A stretch of DNA of 45,020 nt, filler included, from Catajapyx aquilonaris (lineage: Eukaryota), in the NCBI GenBank assembly GCA_000934665.2. It is 2 parts of 2 records of this genome, joined end to end, with 100 filler letters (N's around TTAATTAATTAA, not from the genome) between each part and the next. Parts side by side here need not be neighbours in the genome. Positions count along the whole stretch, not along the records: positions 1 to 21,272 come from JYFJ02006090.1; positions 21,373 to 45,020 come from JYFJ02006091.1. One strand, written 5' to 3'. Position 1 is the stretch's first letter, and the number at the start of each line of letters is the position of its first letter. Positions 13,401 to 26,073 of this stretch are shown here, in pieces. Under the pieces are notes generated by a model. It searched no databases, was not told the DNA's origin, and saw only the letters and a program-made list of their open reading frames with translations. The position numbers were made by a program, and so were the translations under genes.

Positions 13401-15994
13401 TGATCTGAAACGAAGTTTCCAACTTCTCTCTGTCTTGGGCGAAGCTGCTTTAGATACTGCCGACTTAGAACAGGTAAATATTGCAGTCTCTTCTGTGCAG
13501 GTTCATTGTATTGTAATGAAGCGAAGTTATTTTTCGTTCTCTAGCTCAATCAGATCATCGCTCATATGGTCACCGTATATAGCAATGCCACCACATGTTT
13601 TCCAGATGAGAAAACCTGCAACAAAACACTGACTGGTATGCTGAATTTTACGTTGTTAATTATTTCATTAATAATAACTAATAAAATGTTCATTTGGTGT
13701 CAGATCTCGAAAATGAAATGGCTACATCGCGTAATTATGAAGACTTGATGTCCATATGGGAAGACTGGCGAACTGCCACAGGGAAGCAGATCAGAAGCAA
13801 TTTTACAGAGTACGTCACACTAACCAACAAAGCAGCAAAGAATAACAACAATAATGGTATGGTTGTATGGTGCAGCAATCCTTCCCAACATCGAGACACT
13901 AAATTAACTGATGGCACATCAATATTTAGATTTGAAAGACGCTTCAGACATGTGGTTATGGCGCTACAATGACACTGACTTCGCCAATAAGTTGGCCCAA
14001 GAATGGGAAAAGGTGAAACCGTTATATGAACGGTTGCATGCTTACGTCAGATGCAAGCTTCGCAAGGTATATAGTGAGATTAAGGGTCAACGGCCACCAC
14101 TTCCTGCGCATGTCCTCGGTAAGTTTGTCCAGTTTCTACTTGTGCATCATGTCATGATAATTTGACCGTAACTGTAACTCGACTTTTTGTGTTAAAGAAG
14201 TTAAATCAAAGTTGCTTTGTAACTTATCATTTTTATTATAAAAAATAGTATGACCTACATCAATATTTATTTCAGGAAATATGTGGGCACAGGATTGGCA
14301 GAATTTGTATGACATTGTAGTTCCATATAGTGGTGATTCCTACTCAGTCAATATTACTTTTGACACAAGCGTAAGTTCATTAGTAAAGATTTTTTTCTAG
14401 TAAGCCCACTGCTGACATTGTCATATTTTATCTGCATGTCGTCATTTATAATGTAGGTGTGGAACGTTCAGGACTTCTTCAATACAGCCAATAAGTTCTT
14501 TAAGGACCTCAGTTTTCCATTTCTTGAGCCAGTAAACTTAACTCTAAAATTGAGTCCAAAGAAAGGTGAAGAAATGGTATGCCATGCTTCAGCCTGGGAC
14601 ATGTTTACAGATTCTGAATACAGGTCAGTTTAGTATATGGGTAGCCTGTAACTATTCAAGTGGGCATGAAGAAACGACGAGCTAATAATCCATACACATT
14701 TCACTTTATTCCAGAATTAAAATGTGTGGTGGAGTGTCTTTGGAAGATTTTATAACCGCGCACCATGAAATGGGCCACGTCGAGTACTATAGTCAATACA
14801 AGAGTCAACCGATTCCATTTAGGGAAGGCGCCAATCCAGGTACAGTGAAAAAAAAGGTGGACATTCTTTATTGCCTTAGAGCAAAAATAATAATGGCACG
14901 TGTCCCATCTAGGATTTCACGAGGCTATTGGAGACACCATTGTCCTATCTGTGCTGCATCCAGATTACCTGAAAGATTTAAAGTTGCTTCCAGAAAATTT
15001 TCAATCATCTCAGGAGTCCGAACTTAATTTACTAATGCAAAAGGCATTGCAAAAGGTACCCAATATGACTTACATTTGACAAAATCAGCAGTTAGATGGT
15101 ATTCTCTGTCCTGTCTAATTCCTGTCGTTTTCCACAGGTGGCATTCTTACCTTTCGCCTACGTCGTGGATCTGTGGCGATGGGGTGTATTTAGTAACTCT
15201 ATCAAAGAGAGTGAATATAACAGGAAGTGGTGGGAGTTAAGGTAAGTAAATAATTAATAGTAGCATAGTTAACAGTGCTGAAACCTCGGCTGAAACGTAT
15301 GGATTTCATGTCAATTGTGTGTTGCTCAATTACAGTTATGATTATCAAGGAATCCAGCCTGATGGTGCTCGAGGGGAAGACAACTTCGATCCTGGAGCAA
15401 AATATCACGTGGCAGCAGGTGTACCCTATATCAGGTATTACTTGCATTTCCAACAGTACTTTACTAGTGAAAATAACGGATTCAATTACATTTTAGCTAC
15501 TTTGTGAGTACCATCCTCCAATTCCAATTTCACCAGGCACTTTGTCCGACCAAACCTCTACACAACTGCACAATTTACAACCATAACGATGCAGCAGGAA
15601 TCCTTTTAAAGTAAGCATTCATTTCTCCAATGATCTGTCGATGCAAATAACCAAACGGATCTGTCCTCTTTCAAGGAAGATGATGCAGAAAGGAGCCTCA
15701 GAACCATGGCAGGACATCCTTCTTAATTTCACAGGAACGAGGGAGTTGAACGCATCGGTCATGGTGGAATATTTTGCCCCCCTTGAGGACTTCCTAAACA
15801 AAGCGATCACAGACTGCAAAGAACCTATTGGCTGGGGACCAGACAAGGAGCAAAACCAAACCGTACCTATTGTTGTAGGTGCAGTCTTGGGAGGTATGGT
15901 AGCACTGGTACTAATTGCCTATGTGATTGGACGAAGGCGCCGAAACGTTCAGCAAGCAAAAGAAACTTCGACATCCACATTGGTGAAGGCGTAA
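10492..15994 (+). CDS. Ace: Angiotensin-converting enzyme-like peptidyl-dipeptidase (peptidase M2), single domain, signal peptide plus C-terminal TM, 14 coding exons
   Basis: GT-AG exons: 10492-10603, 12587-12702, 13306-13473, 13545-13635, 13704-13856, 13930-14118, 14276-14370, 14457-14623, 14715-14839, 14913-15055, 15138-15241, 15336-15434, 15497-15610, 15676-15994. M2 motifs [76 protein letters not shown] at ~16368. Confidence 0.93.
10643..12097. mobile_element. Non-autonomous hAT-like element in first coding intron of the ACE gene, with a nested hAT-like insert (~11454-11965)
   Basis: TIRs CAGTGCCGGATCT / AGATCCGGCCCTG; 8-bp TSD GGCATTGC (10635-10642, 12098-12105). Inner element CAGCGGCGGATTT...AAATCCGGAGCTG contains a long palindrome at ~11505-11650. 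Confidence 0.8.
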
Positions 15995-16080
15995 ATTTTT
16001 CCAATATCATCGTAGTCTTTCTCCACTTTGCACAGAGACGACTGGAGCTGCAGGTGTGGCTCATTTGACAAATTGCTACT

Positions 16081-16156
16081 GTGACCTCGTAGCTCAGTTG
16101 GAAGAGCAACAGCTCAACATAGCTGGAGGTCCCAGGTTCGACTCCTGGCGAGGCAC
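16081..16156 (+). pseudogene. tRNA-like sequence (pseudo-tRNA or tailless SINE head) in the ACE 3' UTR
   Basis: TAGCTCAGTTGGAAGAGC (D arm/A box), CCAGG-TTCGACT-CCTGG (T arm/B box), CCTCG/CGAGG acceptor pairing. Anticodon arm (CAGCT-CAACAT-AGCTG) is non-canonical. Confidence 0.7.
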
Positions 16157-17761
16157 TACTGGCACACTCATGAATTTATTACGCAAATGTTGCCCACATT
16201 TACAGAAATGTCGTCCTCTGCAAAAGTAACAGAAAGCCTGCTGAACTTCCTACAACCTGTGATTGTCGTTGTTTACTGTACATCATGTAAGGACTAATTA
16301 TATTAAAATCTGAGCTGTTACTTGTACACTTCGGCTCAGCTTCATTTGTTTTATTCCTCTCAGTCTAATAAAATACAGTGCTTCCTCTTTATACTGGTGT
16401 CTTGGACATTTAAGGACCTGAAAGGCAGAACGTTCATATAGGCCTACATTTTGGTAGAGATTAAGCTCGGTTATGTAATTATTATTATCATCTTTGACTC
16501 TTACTTTCTGATGTCAGGCCATGAGTCTTCTTTTGGAGTAATATTACAGCTCCTTAAAGCTAAGTATCTGAGACAATAGGATCCCAGAAGGGATCAAATA
16601 ATCTTCAAACTTAACATTCATACAAGTTATTTCCAAATAATTCCAATGTGACTTACGTTTTATTTTTGAGATCGCGTATGCAGAATTTCATAAGAATCGC
16701 TGGAGGATCATCAGCCTTGCATGATTTCAAGCTGACAAATATTGCAGGCCTATGTAAATGTTATTTCGCTCTGAGCTAGTTGTAGAAAGGGTCCCCCAAC
16801 TGTAACTTTCAGCGCATTCCTTTTAAAACATTCATGTATGCATCAAAACTTAATTACTTATGTTAATTGTATTAAGGCAATTTACCAAGTATTATGAGTA
16901 AAATCGTTGATAAGGTACAGTATAAGATTTTATACAACGTATAACCTGCGCTGACACGTTGGCCACCAAGTCCGAATCTAACTTCTTCCTTTTTTTCATT
17001 GTGGGGATATATCTAAGACAATTTTTTTGTTCGTCCGCTTCCTGTAAGTAACATATGAAAACAACAGCAGTTACCAATGTTGACAAGGAATTCTACAATG
17101 TGTTTGAGGTCAATTGCGCTATTATCGCTTTGATAACTGTCGTGTGACAAAAAGCTCACAGATGGAACATAAAGTAACTTAGTAATAAAAACTTAAAGAC
17201 ATCTATATTATTAATACCGACTGTTCCTCAAAATTTTGCCCGCATATTATACATTTGCAAACCACTTTTGATTTTTGGAAACAGTGCCCAGGGACTTTGT
17301 CAGATTTAAAAAAAAAACGACGATTCTCACGCCTTCTAATTGCACCGTTTATTAATTCATATTAAACCTTTGGATTATACCGGATTAAACTCATTATTTA
17401 TATGATAATTTGCGCCCAATCTGTTCGTAATGAAGTAGTCAACTCCCGCCCAACAGATGGCAGAGTGAGCGTAGCAGCTAGGTGCTGCCACCTGGCCATC
17501 CGGATTCTGAACTGAGAGTTCAACAGGTGTTTGCCATCAGTTCTGTCGAATTCTGTTCTGATTTTTCCAACATTTGTGAGTCCTTTCTTCTCTTCAACAC
17601 ACCGAGACCAGACCCAGATTGGCCCCCCGAGGTTGTGCAGAACCCTGAAGGACAACCGAGGAGTCGACAATGGAGCCAGCACCACATCTTTTCAGGCACT
17701 TTGTTGGCCTGTTAGTTACATTTTAACCTCTTAGAACATGTGTATGGGCAAGAGCTTGGTA

Positions 17762-18498
17762 TGGGTGATTCTCCAAAAACTTACCATTTTCAAAGCAAGA
17801 ATAAATGAATTTCAAAACTTGTTTTTAAAATCTGGAAAAATTCTCACTTACTCTATATGAGGTCACAAATCAGGGAAAAATATGGAGAACTAATTCTGAT
17901 ATTCTAATGCCAGGAGAGTGAATATTTCCAGGAGTTCGGGAGCCAGAAGAATGACCTATGCATGCAATAGGATTAATATCACGGTCCAGAACAAACGTTG
18001 TCTATGGAGATTTCGGTGGGTTCAAGAAGACCCTTCATTCCATGGAATCACAGTTATTTCAAAACATTTAAGCTATTATGTGACATAGAAAAATGAGCCA
18101 GGAGTGTGAACTTTTTATTTCTGGGAAAACTCGGGACACACTTTGGAGTGATGCAGCAAGGTCATGTCAAATGAATAAATCGTTTTAAAAATGTTGTTTT
18201 ATACCTTCAACTATGTACAATTTAATTATAGTATTGAACCTTGTCTAATGTTAATAATAAAATTGTAAGAAAATATAGCATGCTTTAAAATGAGGTCGGG
18301 ACATGCCAAGAATAGTGATTTTAGGCCCTTTGACTTTTTTTGCAGTAAAACTTAATTTAATATTTTTCCTTGTTTTCGTGGGGATGGCTAGGTGTCAACT
18401 GCTTCTCCAAATGTTTAAAAAATCAAATCTCTCAGTCAAGCCATTTTTGAGTTATTATGCTGGGACATGGTATTGGTAAGTTTTTGGAGAATCACCCA
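17762..18498. mobile_element. TA-flanked non-autonomous DNA transposon
   Basis: TA-TGGGTGATTCTCCAAAAACTTACCA...TGGTAAGTTTTTGGAGAATCACCCA-TA; perfect 25-bp TIR. Confidence 0.8.
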
Positions 18499-19573
18499 TA
18501 TACAGGGTTAAATGCATTTAACAAGGTGGTTGCATGATGTGGAATATTGTTGTGCACCGTTATGTTCACTGTTTAGACTAATTATAGCAATTGGGACATT
18601 TCCAGGGCAGGCGCAACATGACTTGTTGCAGGTTTGGTTAATAATGCAGTCAGTCATTTACTAGTTTTGTTGTGTTCTCCAGTGATTTGTTGGGTGCCAC
18701 TTGTGCCTGTTGGCATGAATTTAAATGTAAGAGGAGTAGATTAAGTGATAAATCATAAGGAATATTTAGGTGAAAGAACATATACACAGGAAGTAAAATA
18801 ATTTTGAGCTATGCATTAACTTAAGTGAACGTCAACATTAATAGTCTGGATGCCAAGGGTATGAACTTTGCATTTTGTGACAAAAGTATGAAACTCGGTA
18901 CACTCGTTCTTTGGACACTTCTGAGCATATCTAGACATGGGGCCATGATAATGGGCTGAGCCCGACAGGGGTCACTTTTGCAGGGTTGCCATATTTACCA
19001 GGTGCAGTATCCTTAGGACCTAGTATTCGGTGATAAAAACATGAAACTCAACACAATTGGTCTTTGGACACATCTGACGAACATGTCTGGAAGTGGGGCC
19101 ACTATGGGTGACCCTCCTGTGGGTCACTTGCGGGGTTGCCAGATCTAACGGGGGCAACATACCTCTATACGTAGACAATATACATAGACAATATACATAG
19201 GGAGCTTGCATTCGGGATGTTGTTTATCAGTGGTGCCAACTCCATGGACGTTTATGAACAAATTAAAATAATTATGGTTTTTAAAACTAGGTCCTGCCTG
19301 TCACACCCGTGGGAAGAGTTGGTAAGCAGGATTATTCAACACAGAACCCGGGGATAGGCCGAGAACGTCAAAAGAAAGTGTCGGATAGAATGAAACCCGT
19401 TTGTGATCATCTAATACAAACACTGACAAGTTCCATGGCTATTTATAATACAAGGAAGATATGAGCAGTTAGAAATACGTGATCGGAAAGCGTGCATATA
19501 ATTTAGATACATGTGTGAATGCATGTGAGTATGTATATAGAGGCAGTAGAAGTTGTGAATTTCTGTTAATACA

Positions 19574-19642
<69 letters not shown>
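19574..19642. repeat. (TTA)n microsatellite
   Basis: About 22 ATT units. Confidence 0.95.
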
Positions 19643-20003
19643 TAATTCAAAAGGTATTGGTATGTTGAAGTAGGCAAATGCATATTTCCCAGCCAATGCA
19701 AAGGTGGGATTGCAGATCGGTCGCAGGGTAGGGAATCACAGATATGTAGATGCACGGAGGAACGGGTGAGGGTGGGGGGTATGCATAGGATTGGCATCAT
19801 CACTGGCTATACGAAGTGTTTGAAAATATGGTGGGCGCTGTAGGCCGCAGGCCTAGAAAAAAGCGAGCGAAGTGAGTGGTTTTCTCCGCCTTTCTATCCA
19901 CATTTACTATAAAGACAATAAATACAACCGTTGTCTTTTGGCACCCTGCTAATTAACTCATCCTTTCCTTATTTGTGATTATTGTCAACAAAGGTGACTC
20001 AGT

Positions 20004-20468
20004 TCAGTAGCATTTCTTAGTGCAGCTGCACTTGCGTATTATCTCAATCTCCTTGATGTGTACCGGGTGCCGTTGTTGCAAATGAGCCTGACGTTCTGCC
20101 GATTTTTATCCTGGTCTTGCAGCAGTTGTCTCCACTGGTGCAGGTGGCTATCTTGATTGGCTTGTGACTGCAGCAACCATTCTCCTTGAAGTAGTCCCGG
20201 TACTGCTCCTTACGGGACGTTGGGGCTGTAGCAACATGCACCGTGTGAAGCGATATATTTCAGATAACTTGCATTGAGTGGTGACCTACCTTGGTCGCAG
20301 TGCTGCCCGCTCCATCCAGGCTGGCACCTGCAGATGTAGTCGCAGTTGTCCCTCCTGGAAAAGCTCTTCCCTTGTTTGCAACTGTGCTGCTTGAAAGAGT
20401 AAGTCCCACCAACTGCAGCCGTAGCCATCGACAACGGAGCAATGCCACGGCCTTCTCATCCGCCTCTA
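20004..20468 (-). pseudogene. slit: Frameshifted fragment of the 3' end of slit (last EGF exon plus cystine-knot exon)
   Basis: Exon 20290-20468 ...KQHSCKQGK..DYICRCQPGWSGQHCDQ; 64-bp GT-AG intron; exon 20004-20225 APTSRKEQYRDYFKENGCCSHKPIKIATC..NCC / RQNVRLICNNGTRY / IKEIEIIRKCSCTKKCY*. Matches the recalled Drosophila Slit C-terminus (CRKEQVREYY...RKCGCTKKCY) but needs at least 2 frameshifts. Confidence 0.85.
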
Positions 20469-20659
20469 CTGCAATAGGTCAGGATCACATTGGTGTCTGG
20501 CTTGGTCTGGAGGGGTTCAAGCTCCACATAATTATGACGTATTGTGTGTTAAACTCAAGCTACTCAGATACTCGCAGCGTTTCCCTGCAATTAAGTGGAT
20601 GGCGATGGTCAGCTCTGGATAAACACACCTCACAGCAATGGCTTACCAATGTGGATCAT

Positions 20660-20994
20660 TAATACCTCGTGATAAGCCAGAGGACCTCTTAGGGGGGTGG
20701 AACACCACCATATTTCATTCAAATTTAGTATTTTTATTTAAACTCCATGCAGAGAAGAAAGGACATGAGGTAGGGATGGGGATTTTTCGGGGAGGAGACA
20801 CGGGTGCAAGTGCAATGTTTGAAAAGGGGTCATGTACAGTCTCCCAGGAGGTTAGGTTGCCAGAAGCCTTAAAGGCGCAGGGGTCAGAGACCCTCCTGAC
20901 GCAGGCGAAAGGGAACTCCCAGGCAGGGATCGAACCCGGGACCCCTCACTCAGCAAGCCGCCGTCGTTACCAACTCTTGGCCACCATGCCTCCC
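20660..20994 (-). mobile_element. SINE family A copy 3 (full length)
   Basis: Head GGGAGGCATGGTGGCCAAGAGTTGG...GGTTCGATCCC; body and tail match the other copies. Confidence 0.8.
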
Positions 20995-21272
20995 ATTTAA
21001 GGAACGATATTCATAAGCAGTAATAAATATGAACACCACTGGAAAGGTTCACCTTCATCTCTTAACCCTTTGATGGCGGAGTTTTTGAGGGATTGCATTA
21101 CCCCAGGGCCTGAGTTTTTTTTCCCCCTTTTCCGGAAATTTTGTGACCTCACCGATTTTCTTCAAATTCGGTGCATAGGTAGCCCACCCCAAGGGATGAA
21201 AAACGCACCTATGGTTCCCTGCTCGAAATGACCCTGTGACCCATATTGGAGGGGGTCAGAGGTCAAATTTTG

Positions 21273-21372
21273 NNNNNNNNNNNNNNNNNNNNNNNNNNNN
21301 NNNNNNNNNNNNNNNNTTAATTAATTAANNNNNNNNNNNNNNNNNNNNNNNNNNNNNNNNNNNNNNNNNNNN
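21273..21372. other. Assembly gap/linker (N44-TTAATTAATTAA-N44)
   Basis: 100-bp spacer with a six-frame stop linker in the middle. Confidence 0.95.
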
Positions 21373-21584
21373 ATCCAGTCCACTGGGACCCTCTTGTCCT
21401 CCCTCACTACCACTATCTCACACTTGATGAAGGACTCGTCCCACACCAGGTCCTCCAGTAATGAGACGAGCAGGGGATATTCCATATCTGGTTCTGATAA
21501 TGCGACAATGGAATGTGCATAAGGCACAACAGAGAGTAATGCAATTATTATCGCACACGACTGCATTGTTCCGCTAGACTGCAT
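21373..21584 (-). CDS. 5' end of a secreted/membrane protein gene truncated by the gap (family not recognised)
   Basis: MQSCAIIIALLSVVPYAHS is signal-peptide-like; ORF stays open into the gap; TATAAA on minus at ~21659-21664. Confidence 0.5.
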
Positions 21585-24406
21585 GAGGATGACTGTTGTG
21601 TCTGAATGCGTAGCCTGTTATGATGAAACTGTGCTAGAAACGCGTGGTACGCTGTCAATTTATATAGCCTACTCTAGACGTATTACTTCGCACTTCTGCA
21701 CTTGGCAATAGATCATTCGTGAGAGCACAGTCTGAGTAGCTGCCCTTTAATTTGCTTTGTAGTGATCTTGTCGTTAGGTTGTTATATAATATTTGCATGC
21801 TGATGCCTCCATTTTCTGCTGTCCCTGACTGCTTTTGACCTTTGTAATGCCCCTGAGAAGGTCAAGCAGCACAGTTCATACTGTAGATATACGCAATGTT
21901 CATGTTCTCACTCTTCATAGTCCGCAATCGAAGACTGTGCTAAGAACGTGTCGTACCCTGTTAATATTTATATTGCACATTACTTGGCAGTTATGCCCTA
22001 GCCTAGATCTCTGGTCACAACACAGAAGTAGCTGCCCTAATTTGCTTTGCAGCTACCTTGTCCTTAACTCGTAAAATATTTGAAGGCTGCTGACTCCAAC
22101 GTTTATTAATATTTATCTGCTTGTGACCTTCGAAATATTTCAAAGAGTCCGCTAGTTCGGACAAGGCTGTTGATATTCTCTTACAAGACGCCGCACTGAC
22201 CAAAGTGCGGAATATATTATTGAAGAACGGAATTATACAGGGTGATCGCGCATTACGCCAAGGTAGCCTCATACAATCAGTATGTGCAAAAGTAATGATT
22301 GTAGGTTAATTTCTCATCGGTTTTAACCTAGGGGAACCCTTGAAATCATAATCGTGTCTCAGATAACTCCAACATAAAAATTATTAATTCTTATTATTAA
22401 TTACATTAATTATTAACGACTCAAAATTATTACAATCATTTACGTACCGCTATACTATGCGACATATTTTGTCAATGGAAATGAGAATTCATCGCTTTTT
22501 CCGGTGTTCTTTAGGTCATTCGTATAATTCATAATGATAATGACCTTTACTTGAACTTTGTTTTTAACCAAAGTCCTCGAAGTAATTCGTCATTCCTAAT
22601 CAAGTTGGCCGAAATGTTGCTAGACCATCTCGAATTTTGGTGAAAAATATTACATCGCTACACATCCGATGTGTACAGCCGGTTGTCATGTGTCGCACCA
22701 AAAACCGAGATAGACTCGGCCAACTTCTTCGCCATAACGCTTCATATCAAGCTGCAGCCAAAGTCCGTAATACCGCTTCCGAAATTTTGGAAGGGTCAAT
22801 AAATTAAGCCATTGCTCCTACTGACGCTTGCTTTCAATTAAAAATGGTATGGGTGGTTAGTCAATTGCAGCTAAACATAATAATTTATTGTGTGACTCAA
22901 CTATACTTGAATAGGTACATTGCTCGACACAGCAGTTACGATGCAGAAATTCAGTACCCACTCTTTTGATATAATTACTGTTGATTCCGTGATAAAATAT
23001 TTGCAATAAAAATATCTCGACTTAACCAAGCTGGTCACCCTCGCAAAAAAAATTAGGTGGGAAATTGTGCGTTGCCCAATAAAGTATACACCCTTCATTT
23101 CTCATCTGAAAGAAAAGTTTGTAACTGACAAAAAAGTGCATATTATAATTATGTAGGTCCGTACGTAGCTGTGAAAATATTTATTTTTCACATGGAAATT
23201 TTGAGCAGGGTTTTGGAAAACACAATGTTAGCACACATTACTATTTTCCATATACGTATAGAGTAGGCTAAGCGCGACCTTGGAAGTGCGGGTGACCTTT
23301 CATTTCTCCGGTCATTGCCAGCATATGCCAAGCGCAAATTGAAAATGGGCGAATACCCTTCAATAAGGAATAAGTATAGCCTATAGAGTATACAGGTCGT
23401 ACAGTACTGTGGCATACACGTTGGTGGTATACTAAAACCCAACACGGACGGAACTTGCTGCTCTGTAATTTGCTACAAAGGTGTCTTGTCATCAGCCTGT
23501 TAAATTTTAAGGAGGTGCTGTCTCCATAACTGCTGTTGACGTCTGGAATAACCTTGACAAGGTCAAGGGGAAGGTATATGGGGCCCAGAGTAGCAAGGCT
23601 AATAATATGTGTTCAAATATTATCATGGCAATTAGGAAATACAATATTTTGTTAAAAATGCTAGTTATTTCATTTGCTCAGGATGTGTACCACAAGTTAG
23701 ACAGATGCCATAATAGCTGCAGCGAGTAGTTCACGGCTGTGTATATAACCATTTTCTGTGTATAGGCTACAATATGTAGTTAATTTGCATTGTAGTGACC
23801 TTGTCGCTGGCTTGTTATATTTTTGTAGGCTGTTACCTCCATTTTCTGCTGTCACTGACTGCTTTGACCTTTGTCATGACCCTAAGAAGGTCAAGCAGCA
23901 CAGTTTATACTGTATTGATATATAGGCCTACACACTTTTCAGAGTCCGCACTCGTAATAGTCCGCAATGGAAGATGACTATTTTTTTTTTACGGATGCTT
24001 GTGTGCAAAACCATTATGATACATCCCCCCCCCCCCCACCATTGAACTAAAAGGAAAAATTCCGACTAAAATACAGATAACTCATTCATTTGAAACACAT
24101 GATGCATCTTTCATTCCCAATATTTGATAGGCCTGTATTAGCCCGCAGTACGCATGGAACCACTGTGCAAATAGTCAGCATCCTGTCACTTGATAATGAA
24201 ACTCGTTAAAAATCAACCGCATACTCTATGTTGAAAGTTCACCTGAAAAATTAATGTATTGGTTGAAACTTCCCTGTATTTATATTAGCCTTTTGCTATA
24301 CTGTATAGGCTATTGGTGTCGTGCAATCTTGCAAGTTTAGGGTCCCCTCTATGGGCCAGTGTTCAAACAAGAGGTTAGAAATAGGAGTGTCCTTTCAGAT
24401 GCCCGA

Positions 24407-24788
24407 TGCCTATTATTTCAAGTTAGATGGGGTCATGCCAGGCCCAGCAAAATTTTTAGCTGGTCAAAGAGATTATAAAAGTCCGACAAGTGAGTGTAAG
24501 GTCGGCCTAATATTAGCCGCTTTTTGATAGCCATTATAAGCAACTAAACAAATGATACTGCTTGAATATGCAGCTTAGTGTCAATAATAATGAGCCACAG
24601 TGCAGTGGCCTAACACATATTTTGGATCGCCAATGATACAAAAATTATTTTGTAGCCTACTTACCTGACCCTCTAACACACGTCAGCTGGCCGAACTTAC
24701 ACTCACTTGTGGGACTTTTATAGTCTCTTTGACCAGCTAAAAATTTCCTACGTCTGGCCTGACCCCATCTAACTTGAAATAATAGGCA
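24407..24788. mobile_element. MITE with ~100-bp imperfect TIRs
   Basis: tgcctattatttcaagttagatggggtca...tgaccccatctaacttgaaataataggca. Confidence 0.8.
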
Positions 24789-25067
24789 GAGATGGAAGGC
24801 TGCTGTTTTAACCACTACACCAGAGATTGGCTCCAATTAGTATTAAATATGTGCTGTAAAATATTAACTGGAGTCAAATTATCTTGCATGAAATTTAGTA
24901 TTTTAGCTGGTAAAAAATAAATTATGTTCATGTATATTAGTCTTTATTATATATTTTAGTTGTTTTCGCCCTAAGTAAACGTTATATCATGTTTATTTTT
25001 TCTATACTTCGTGAAATTCAGATAAAATAGTCATTTTGTCGCATTCTGTGCTTGACCACTTTCAATA

Positions 25068-26073
25068 TTACTTCTGGCAGCACTCATCGTTCTCCGTGTT
25101 AGAAAATTTATATGCGTTGGGAACCTTCTCATTCGCATCGGCGATCAGTTGTTGAAGTGTCTTCTTGTCAACTGGGGCTCCCCTCTTCCAGAAGATCATT
25201 ATCATATCTGTGGGCTCTGAAAGGAATGATATTTATTTACGGTGAAATGGTAACAACTGCACACTTGACAATGACATGTGGACCTGCACAGCCTATTTCC
25301 TTCAGACAACTTCTCCAAGTTGAAGTACCTTTTGCGACCATTACTTATTAGAATTATTTCTTTTTGTTTTTGATATTTGACGACTTAAGACGCGATTAAT
25401 GCAGATATTTTCATCCCTAACATTGATCTGACTTTTGATGATAACATTTGATTCAGACATGTGACATTATAGGTAACAATCATGCTTTACCTTTTTGGGA
25501 GTAGCTCTCGGGAATGCAGGCGTACCACACGATGTAAGTGTCGCCACTCAGGAGGATCTTGGCGTAGTAGGTCTGGTCGAATGGCACCGATCCCCTCTGG
25601 TCCAGGGTGGCATCCACATTAAACTTGGTTGAGTCCTCACGCTGGGCTTGGAATATGGTTTGGACATGAATCAGAGTGGCGTTTTTCATCCGAGGTGACC
25701 CAGAGTCACAGTAGCGAGACTGCATTTCGAGGGCACCGGTGGAGGCATCGATGTCTTGCATCGTGATGATACAGCACTTGATCCTTGGGGACACTTCGGA
25801 TATCCTGACTTGTTTCCACTCACCCACCAGCTACGGAATAAAATATGCAGGAAATGTTTATTTAAAATGAGCCAGAGGTGGATACAATTCACCTCCAAAT
25901 GAATTCGTTTAATTCCACCAGAATAAAAAGTCAAATTCCGTCAATCCACAACAATCAGCGTGCTGTACCTTGTCAGTGTTGACAGATTTGAGTCCTGCTG
26001 GGTCGCTGCATCCAGAATTACCCAGGACAAAAGCCAGGTTAGAAAGAATCAGGAGCTGAGCAAAGGTCGCCAT
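25068..26073 (-). CDS. Secreted lipocalin/calycin-like protein, ~197 aa, 3 coding exons
   Basis: Exons 25969-26073 (MATFAQLLILSNLAFVLGNSGC..DK), 25491-25830 (LVGEWKQV...GDTYIVWYAC), 25068-25216 (MIMIFWKR...DECCQK*) with consistent phases. GxW, YxxxYxC and WxR motifs plus N- and C-terminal Cys. Non-coding exon ~26217-26285; TATAAA at ~26312-26317. Confidence 0.75.

Noticed and set aside
19469..19696. poly-N / poly-L ORFs
   Set aside because: Translation of the (TTA)n microsatellite.
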